In this document: positions 13,503 to 21,800 of the stretch, piece by piece
Position numbering within the stretch: position 1 is the first letter of the stretch
Layout: the number at the start of each line of letters is the position of its first letter
DNA from: a virus
Reading direction: 5' to 3' (one strand)
IMG/VR virus record: IMGVR_UViG_3300029437_000019
Span: 1-41,797 of that record
DNA length: 41,797 nucleotides
Made by a program: the position numbers and the translations under genes
The notes under the pieces: generated by a model
The model's input: only the letters and a program-made list of their open reading frames with translations
What the model was told of the DNA's origin: nothing
Database searches by the model: none

Positions 13503-13925
13503 TCAGGAAATCCGGTCAACGGTCATGTTGGAGTTTGCGAAGCTGACCGCCTGTGCGCTGGTGTTCTCCATTGCCACCGTCACGCAGCAGCACTTCGGCA
13601 CCTCCACAATCGCGCTGACGTAGATGTTGAAATAGTTCTCCACCGCCGCCGGGGTGACGGTCGCCGTCGCGCTGTTCAGCGCCTCGCCGTTGATTGCCAG
13701 CGCCGCCGTAATCGCTCCCACTGCGCCCCCGGTCGGAATCGCAATGTTCGCGCCGAACGCCACGCGGAATCTCGCCTTGCACTGCTGGGTCAGCCCCCGC
13801 AGCGTCACGATCCCCGCGCCATCTCTGTGAACGATGCACGGCTTACCGGTGACCGCCGTTTCCGTCAGCGGCACATTCTGCCCTGCCGGTACCGTCACAA
13901 TGCTTGTATTTACAAATTCTGCCAT
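13503..13925 (-). CDS. Small beta-rich protein, possibly BclA-C-terminal/C1q-like fold
   Basis: The ATG at 13925 (MAEFVNTS..) follows AAAGGAG. The hydrophobic/Gly pattern resembles exosporium BclA C-terminal domains. This is recollection-level similarity only. Confidence 0.6.
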   Translation of the reverse strand: MAEFVNTSIVTVPAGQNVPLTETAVTGKPCIVHRDGAGIVTLRGLTQQCKARFRVAFGANIAIPTGGAVGAITAALAINGEALNSATATVTPAAVENYFNIYVSAIVEVPKCCCVTVAMENTSAQAVSFANSNMTVDRIS

Positions 13926-13941
13926 TCTTGTTTCTCCTTTC

Positions 13942-13972
13942 AAAAAACTACGGCGGGACGATTGCCCCGCCG
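13942..13972 (-). terminator. Rho-independent terminator / attenuator between cargo genes
   Basis: On the - strand: CGGCGGG, 8-nt loop, CCCGCCG (13951-13972), then TAGTTTTTTG (revcomp of 13941-13950). Confidence 0.6.
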
Positions 13973-14006
13973 CGTTCGCTCAGTATCCGCAATGCGGCGG
14001 ATCATT

Positions 14007-14022
14007 TTCGTGAGTTCACGAA
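14007..14022. promoter_or_regulatory. Palindrome TTCGTGA-GT-TCACGAA (9-bp arms if extended to 14005-14024)
   Basis: Read directly, in the 99-nt gap between the 239-aa and 146-aa genes. Confidence 0.45.
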
Positions 14023-14042
14023 AAAGCTGAAATGTTTGGTTG

Positions 14043-14762
14043 TCAGGCGCAGTTGCAGTTGCCGCAGCCCGCGTACTGGAACGGTGCCGGAACGCTGAAG
14101 GCCGGAACCGGGCGCGGATTGTTGAGCGCAAACTGGCTTCCGATGTAGCTCTTGAGGCCGTCCGTCTGAACCGCCTGCGAGGCCGCAAGCTGATAACCGA
14201 ACAGAAGCTGATTCTGTTCTGCAATCTTCGCGTCCTTCGCTGCCATCTCCTGCGCGGTCAGGCGCTGCTCGATGCTGCGCATCCCGCAGTTGAACGCCTC
14301 GATGATGTCGCGGGTGTTGTTCTGCATCAGGTTGCGCGTCTGGCAGTCCTGCGTCGCCATGTCGTAGCGCACCTGCGCGATGGCCTCGCGGTTTTCGCAG
14401 CAGCAGTTGGAAATCTGCTGCTGCAGCGCAAAGAGCTGCTGCATGAACTGCATCTGCGCGTTGCACCGTGCCAGCTCTGCGGCCGAGAAGCCGTCCTTGA
14501 TGCTGTTGTTCAGCGCGAAGGTGCTGTCGCAGATCCCGTTGTTGATGCCGTCGAGCTTGCGCTCGATGTTTGCAAAGTCGGAAGCCAGCACATAGCCGTC
14601 CGAAACGCCGCCATTGTTCCCGCCGAAGCCGTTACGGCCCCAGCCGAACAGGAACAGCACGATGATCCAGATCCAGCTGTCTCCGAACATTCCGCCGCCG
14701 TATCCGTTGTAGGCCGGCTGCACAGGCATCGTCACCATGGGGTTTCCTTCCTGAAAAGACAT
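14043..14762 (-). CDS. Cys-rich membrane/coiled-coil protein, unknown function
   Basis: 239 aa. The N-terminal GYGGGMFGDSWIWIIVLFLFGWG resembles tiny YjcZ-type TM proteins. Also contains CCCENREA and QDCQ, and ends in GCGNCNCA. Confidence 0.65.
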   Translation of the reverse strand: MSFQEGNPMVTMPVQPAYNGYGGGMFGDSWIWIIVLFLFGWGRNGFGGNNGGVSDGYVLASDFANIERKLDGINNGICDSTFALNNSIKDGFSAAELARCNAQMQFMQQLFALQQQISNCCCENREAIAQVRYDMATQDCQTRNLMQNNTRDIIEAFNCGMRSIEQRLTAQEMAAKDAKIAEQNQLLFGYQLAASQAVQTDGLKSYIGSQFALNNPRPVPAFSVPAPFQYAGCGNCNCA

Positions 14763-14792
14763 TTCGCTTTTTCTCCTTTCTCAAATTTTTAT

Positions 14793-14817
14793 ATCAATTC
14801 GTGGCCACGAGATTGAT
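14793..14817. promoter_or_regulatory. 25-nt near-perfect palindrome ATCAATTCGTGG/CCACGA(G)ATTGAT
   Basis: Read directly, immediately upstream (on the - strand) of the RBS of the 239-aa gene. Confidence 0.4.
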
Positions 14818-14818
14818 C

Positions 14819-15034
14819 TCACAAAAAAGCCCGGAACTGCTGTGCCATTTCCTGGAGCTGATCAAGCTGCTGCTGATTGATTTTCCCGGACTGCACCAGC
14901 TTCATGACCTCCGCCTTCGGGTCACCCTGAAAATTCGCCTGGAACTGCCGGAAGTCCTGCACCATCCTCTGGAACTGTCCCATTTGCCCGCCCATGCGGT
15001 TCCCGCCGAGCTGCTGAAACAAGCTATTGCTCAT
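14819..15034 (-). CDS. Small Gln-rich protein (71 aa)
   Basis: GGAGGGAAA precedes the ATG at 15034. Sequence reads MSNSLFQQLGGNRMGGQMGQFQRMVQDFRQFQ... Confidence 0.6.
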   Translation of the reverse strand: MSNSLFQQLGGNRMGGQMGQFQRMVQDFRQFQANFQGDPKAEVMKLVQSGKINQQQLDQLQEMAQQFRAFL

Positions 15035-15362
15035 CCTGCTTTCCCTCCATCAGCGCCGATATTCTCTCCTCCAGCGCCTTCAATTCTTCCCGTGTCGCGT
15101 ATTCCTCCGTCTTTTTCTGCGGCTGCGCGGTCCTCTCCGTGTAGTCAAAGATTCTGAGCGGCATCGGCATCCCGCTCTGATCCGTCGATTTGATGTAGAA
15201 TGAATGCTTCTCGCTGTCCATCAGCAGCACGGAATTCCCCGCCGCCACCATGTACGCCTTTGCCGCCTCCTCGCCCTGCACCCACAGCAGCCCATTCTGG
15301 TGCTGCTGATACGGTCTTTGCTGCGGATAGTAGCTGTTGTTTGGATAGTAATAATCAGGCAT
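15024..15362 (-). CDS. Tyr/Gln-rich N-terminus plus small beta domain, possibly GerQ-like
   Basis: GGGAGGA lies 8 nt before the ATG at 15362. N-terminus is MPDYYYPNNSYYPQQRPYQQHQ. The segment ..AAGNSVLLMDS..RIFDYTE loosely resembles the GerQ C-terminal domain (recollection only). Confidence 0.6.
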   Translation of the reverse strand: MPDYYYPNNSYYPQQRPYQQHQNGLLWVQGEEAAKAYMVAAGNSVLLMDSEKHSFYIKSTDQSGMPMPLRIFDYTERTAQPQKKTEEYATREELKALEERISALMEGKQDEQ

Positions 15363-15747
15363 CGTTTATATCCTCCCTTGTCCAAAAATAGATTGGTGTC
15401 TCCCCGCTGGAATCCCAGCTGTCAAATAGCTGTCCGTCCTCCACGCATACCACATGGCCGGATAATGCCAGGATAAAAACGCCGGTTTGATGTTCTTTTG
15501 CAAAATCCGCCACCGTGTAGCACTCCTGGCAGTCGTCCTTCACAATCTCCCGTCGAAAGCCCTGCTTCTTCAGATACGCGCCCCACACCGCATTGCTCGA
15601 CGGCATATCCGCCTCCAGATTCCCCTCGATGCAAAGCCCCCAGTAAACGCTGTCCCAGTCCTTTCCGGTCGCCTTGGCGATGGCCCGCACCGTGCAGTCG
15701 CCTACCGCCTTTCCGCGCGGATTCGGCTGAAAAAACGAATATGCCAT
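15355..15747 (-). CDS. Putative papain-like cysteine peptidase (Cys-His-Asp)
   Basis: ATG at 15747 follows GAAGGAAGG. Candidate triad: GDCTVRAI (Cys), LSGHVVCV (His), FDSWDS (Asp). Confidence 0.5.
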   Translation of the reverse strand: MAYSFFQPNPRGKAVGDCTVRAIAKATGKDWDSVYWGLCIEGNLEADMPSSNAVWGAYLKKQGFRREIVKDDCQECYTVADFAKEHQTGVFILALSGHVVCVEDGQLFDSWDSSGETPIYFWTREDINDA

Positions 15748-15823
15748 ACCGAACACCTTCCTTCTGCGTCCAGTATGGCATATTCTTTTTTCGCTTGTGG
15801 GTCACTTAGGGGTCATTTGCGGC

Positions 15824-18800
15824 TCAGTTCCACGGCATCTGCCACCATCTCACATTTTCGTACTCCTGCCCCATGATCCAGTCCTTCTGTTCTGCCGTCA
15901 GGCTCAGGCTGTCGATCAATTCAATGACCTTTTCCTTCCTGCTGCCGGAGATGCTCTTTCCGTCCTCGTCCTTGTCCGCGTGCAGCTCCTTCGCTCTTGT
16001 CCAGAATTCGGCATAGACCTTCGCCGGAATTCCTTCCGTCTGCGCGGCCCTGAATTTCTCCGCCGTCGAGCCGGTATATACCGCTCCCAGCGCCGCATAG
16101 GCCTCCTTGTCCGATAGCCCGGACTGCATGACCGCCTGCGCCTTGAACGTCTGGTTCAGGTCATTCTCTCCCGCAAGGTCACGCGCTTTTTTCTCTATCT
16201 TCAGCGCGTTTCCCGCGCTCACGCCCGCTGCGGTCATTTCGTTGTAGAATTTCGCAGACTTCGGCACAAGTTTCTCGTCGATTGCCTCGCGCTGTTTCCC
16301 GGAATACTTCTTCCCGTCCAGCCAGTTTGCAAAGTCCGCCGCCCATTCTTTTTCGCTTCTCCCGGCGCCCAACTCTCCGCGCTTGTCGAGAATTTCGGAA
16401 ATGTCCTTCCACTTCATCCCGGCGTCCATCAGCTTGTCAATCTCGTCGTTTTTCCCGCTTTCGACCATCGCGCTGTAGATTCTCATTCTCTGCCCGTCGG
16501 TCAAATTCTCCTGCGCTGCCAGCTCGGCGCGTGCCTTTTTGCGGTGCTCCTCCTTCTGCTGCAAGCGCTTTGCCTTTTCCTCTTCGCTCTCGTCGTCCTT
16601 TGGCTCCGGGATGTCGGAGTAATTCATTGCATCGTCCATCCGCATCATCAGACCGTAGAGCGCATACCCGTTCACGCCCTCCTCCCGCAGCTCGTTCCAG
16701 AGCTGCGTCTGCTTTGCCGTCAGCCCGGAGTCGTCCCCGGCATAATACGCTTTTGCCTCCGGTGATGCGTTTACGCCGAACAGCGCCGTCCGGATGTAGG
16801 TCATCGGATCGTCCATATCCAGCGGATATTGCAGTCTCTTCTTTTCTCCGTAGCCCTTGGTTTTGCCGCCCTCGATCAGCGCCTTCACGCCGAAGCCGGT
16901 CTTGCTGAGCTGCCGCCCGCCCGGAACCAGCTGTGCAAGCAGCTTTGCCACAGCCTCCGCCGATGCGCCGGAGAAGAACCCGTCCGTTTTTATTGCATCC
17001 GCAATATTCTTCCCGCTTCCAAAGATGTCCGGCATCGGCATCGTCCTGTCGCCCACGCCAAACAGGCCGGACAGATTCGATGCAAACGGAATTTCATTCA
17101 TCAGGTTGTACCCCGTGTCCGCAAGCGCCGCCGACGTGTCAAACGTTTCCCGTTCCTCCGGCACGTCAAAGATTTCCGATCCGACTACTTTGTTGATCAG
17201 GCTCTTCATGTAGTCGTTTGTTGAGAGGCCCTTTCCGGAGGCAAAGAAGTTTGCCGTCAGTCCTGCAATGTCCAGCGGTGCGGGCGTGCCGCCGTAAAGC
17301 TCATCCGTCAGCCGGTTCAGCACGAACGCCGCAATCAGGTACCCGAAGATCGTCCGCAGCAGCATCCGCGCCGCACTCTTTTTCCCGTTCTTTTCCGCCT
17401 CTCTCTGAATCTCCAGCGGCATATCCTTCATTACGAACTCCACGGTGTTCAGCGGCTCGATCTGGAAGAGGTTCGCCATTCTTTTCCACATTCCCTTGCT
17501 GTGGAACGCCAGCGGCTTCGCCCCCTTTGTCCGGTCTCCCATCAAGGCTCTGCCGTACCAGTCCGCAAACCGCATGGCTTCCTCGTGGTTTTTCCCATTC
17601 CGGATTGCATCCCAGTATGCCGCGCGCGTTGCAATCGTCGAGAGCATCGAATCCATGAATTCCGCCGGTGCAAACATACCGGAAATGAACTTGTCCGTCC
17701 CGCTCTGCACCAGATAGTCAATCCCCATCTTTCCGGTCAGGAAGTCGATCTCCTTTCGGAATTCTCCCAGCTTTCCCGTGCAGAACTCCTGCGTCGCTTT
17801 CAGGATCGCCCGCTGGCTTCTCGTCGCCTGAAGCATCGCAAGTTGGGCGCTCTGGTTCAGAACGGAGGAGAGGTTTCCGGCCACATTGGCCTTTGCAAAG
17901 GCTCCCACCAGCTTGTTGCCGATGTTCAGCCATTCGCGCCCGCCCATGTATTCCGTGCCTCGGTCGCCGCCGAACTGTTTTCCGGCCAGAATATCCCCGT
18001 AGTTTTTCAGCCATACCACAAGGTCGGAATATCTCGTGTTGTTCTGCGCTTCTCCGAGCATTTCCTCAATCAGCTTGTCAAACGCCTCTGCAAGCTCCGC
18101 GTTGGAGTATTCTCGCATATCGTTTCCGATGCGCCCCATCTCCTGCAGGTATTCCACTTTTTCTTCCACGTTCCCGCTTCTGGACATATCCAGCGCCTTT
18201 TCCAGCGTCGCGGTAAAGCTCCCCCGCAGACCTTTTCTCAGATAGCTTTCCGCCGCGCGTATTTTCTGGATGTCGTCCGTGTGGAAAAGGATATCGCCGA
18301 GATACTGCACGTAGTTCTGGAACGCTTCTTCAATGTCATACGCCGTCTTGTCGCCCTTTCTTTCGAGGAAGAACGGATTCCACCGCTTCTGTGGCCGGAA
18401 CGTTTCCGTTCTGCCCGCAATCTCCGCCGGAAGTCTTGTCACCGTTTCGTCCTTGATCCCCAGCGCCTTCCACAGATCGTCCAGTTCCTTTTGTACGGAG
18501 TTAAACCTTTCCGCAATCGGAATGTGCGGCGTATAGCCCTTAATTTTTCCGATCGGCTGCATCCCGTGCGCAACAAGGAAGTCGTTGATCGCCTCAAAGT
18601 ACAGATCAAATTTTTCCCTGTATTCCTTCATTGCATTCTCGCACTTTACCTTGTCTATCCCCTCCGCGTCCTTGCCGTTGATCCATTGCGCGTACTTTTC
18701 CACGATCTTTGCTTCCTCGCTGTTCAGCGCGAATTCAATCGCCTCGTTTTCCACGCTTTCGCCCCGCGCAACGTTTTCCGCCGCGCTGATCAGGTCTTTG

Positions 18801-21800
18801 CTTCTGTCGCTCTCCTGCGCCTGCTGCACATACCCTTCCACATCCAGCATCATATGCACATAGGCGCTCTCCGTCTGGTTGAGTTCCGACTTTTCCCCCT
18901 TGCTGTCCGTGAATTTCCGCACGTCGTCAAACTGTCCGTTCATCCACCGGTAGCTTTCCGCCGTGTTCCTTACCACCGGCGCAAAGAGGTAGTTGTAGAT
19001 TTCCATCCCGCGCTCCTCGCCAAAGATATTTACCATTGACCGCAGCGCTGTCCGGTAGTTCAGCACCAGCAGCTTCTCCGGCTTAAAGAGCGACGGGTCA
19101 GCCTGAATCTCCTTCTCCGTCGGGAACAGGTCAATCATCTTGTAAAGCAGTCCGTCCCGGATCTCTCCCTTCCGGATCTGGATCAGATCCTCTCCTGTCA
19201 TGCGCTCGTTCAGGTACAGCGCCGCCAGCTGAGATACGACCTCCGGCCGGCACTTGTCCGGCAGCCTGTAGTATTCCGATCGCCCCGATGCGATTTTCTT
19301 CGCCTCCCGAAGCTCCTGCTTTGTCGCATCCCATTTTTTGGCCGTTTTTTCTATCTGCCGCTGGATCGACCGCCGGGTTTCCGCTCCCTTTCGCATTGCG
19401 TCCACCTGGCTGTATTCCGCAATGCCTCCGTCGATCTTTACGCCTGCTTTTTCCAGCGCCGGGGATCCCTTAAAGCTCTCCTTCGGTGTCCCCTCCGGAT
19501 GGATCCCCGCCGCAGTCAGGTCTGCAAAGGTCTTCTTCGATGCCTGCAATTTTTCCAGCGCGGCTTTCGGGCTGATGGAGCTTTTCGGTGCATCTTCCTT
19601 TGTAATGGTCGCCTTCCATGTCCCGTTTGCCCGGTTCGTCAGCTCCCACTTTTTCCCGGTCATTGCCTGCAGGAGTGCCAGCGCCTCTCCCGGCTGCAAG
19701 CTCGTCCCTCTGGAATACATCGGCTTCCCCTTCCCGTATGGGAAGTCCGGTTCACTGGTTCCAAAGCTCTCCAAATAGGCCTTTTGCACGCCCTCCAGCC
19801 GTTCCTGCTTTTTCTTCTCGTATTCCTCCGCCGTCCGCACGATGCTTCCCTTGCGTTCTTCCTCGGCTGCCGCTCTGGTCTCTGCCTTCTGCCTTGCGTC
19901 CGCCTCCGCCGTCTGCGCGTCGTACCAGTTGTAGAATTCCGCAAGATCCTCCGCGTCCGCCGCGTCCTCCAGCTTCTCCTGCGGCATACTCGCAAGCAGC
20001 GCCGCCGTCTCCTGCACGCTCGGCTGATATACCGGGTCAACCGCCGTCAGCAGCTTCGTCTCCATGTCCTTCACGCTTGCAAGCCCGGTCTCCTTGTTCG
20101 TGAACAGCACCGTGAGCATGCCCTTCTTCGTGCTCTTGTCCAGCACAAGGCCGTAGTTGCCCATGTCCGCCGCCTTGACCCACGTCCGCAGGGGGTAGAC
20201 CTGCCGTCCGTTCAGGAAGGGGAAGCCGCGCTTCTGCGCCGCCGCCTCCGAGATCGTCCACGGCTCCGTGATTCCCTCCGGCTTTTTCGCCGGTCTTTCT
20301 CCGTCCGCCTCGCGGATGAGCGATTCCAGCCGCTCGTCCGTTTCCGTTCTTGCCTGCGCTTCTCTTGCTTCCGCGCCTGCCTGCTTTTCATAGCGGTTCA
20401 GCAGCTTTTCAAATTCCTGTCTCTGGTATTCCAGCTGCTCCTCCCGCTTCAGCCCGAAGCGCTTTTCGTTTTCCTCCATGCCCTTTCGCAGGCTCATCCG
20501 CGCATCCTTGCCCTTTTCCGCCGCGTCCACTATCTGCCGCAGCATCTCCGAGGCGATGTATTCCTCCGTGAATTCCGAGGGGTACGCATCCGCCAGCTCC
20601 AGCATATGCACGTCCACGCTCCGGTCGCTCGCCTTGTCCGTGAAGTAGATTCCACTGCTGAATGCCTTCTTTCGGAAGTCTTCCCAGTCGTCGCCGAAGT
20701 CCTCCCGGATTCCCTCCGGCACAAAGATTCTTCTTCCCCTCAGAGCCTCGCGGATCTCTCTGTAGTAGTCGTCCGCCGGGAGCGTTGCCGTGCCGAGGTT
20801 CATCAGCGCTTCAAAAAGGTCGTCCTTTTCCGCCTTCAGCAGCTTCACGCCCTGCTGCATTTCCGCCATCGGCGCCTCTAAGAGCTTCCCCAGCGCCTCG
20901 TTGTCGTAGCTCTGCACCTCAAACAGCTTTTTCAGCCCGCCGGTCAGCTCCCTTTTGTAGCTCTCCTTCGCGGCCTGCTTCGCTTCTTCGGCCTTTACTA
21001 TCGCCGTTTCCGCGCGTTCCTGCGCCCGCTGCGCCTTTTCTGTTGGAGTGAGGGAAAATTTTTGGGGTGTGCTGGATGCTGCCTGAGGCAAGTCTCTGTT
21101 TAACTGATAGCCGCCGCGAAGCGCTTGTTCCAATTGAGCATCGCTCCATCCGTACTTTTCTTTGAAAAGCTCCTTCCCTTTCTGGTATTGCTCCATCCAG
21201 TCTTCAATGACACGCACAAACTTAACCGTATGTACGTCCAGAACAGGTTCCCCGTCTGATCCTATGGAAATTGCTTCGCCTGTCACTTCTACGAGATCCC
21301 CCGGATATTTTGGGTATTCCCATACCGAGTACCCGTCTTCCTTTTCTCCGGTCGCATGGTTTACAGATCGTCTTATCTTTCCGCCTTTTATATAATCAAT
21401 TTCCTTTTCCGACTTTATTATTCTGTAAAAATACCCATCCTTCCTTAACCCCACCATTGAATAAATTTCACTCTCAACCGCACCTTTAATTTTCTCACTC
21501 GTGTTATTGTTTGCTGAGCTTCTGTTTAACGCCATTCTCCCCCCTGAGAGGATATAATTCGGAGTTTCGTCCGACGCGAATTTTGCTCGGTTCGGCAATC
21601 CCGTCACGACGAGAGTATTTTCATCACCGTTTTTTGGCACCTCAATTGAGCCGAGGTTATAGTATTTGCCCTCCTCCCACGTTCCGTCCGGGTTTCTTTC
21701 CCAATATTCCTGTGATATCAGCTCCACCGTGTCCCCTGGCACGGCTTTATATACCTGTCCTTCCCCGCGTCCGTAGACACGGATTCCTTCGTCCGCTTTT

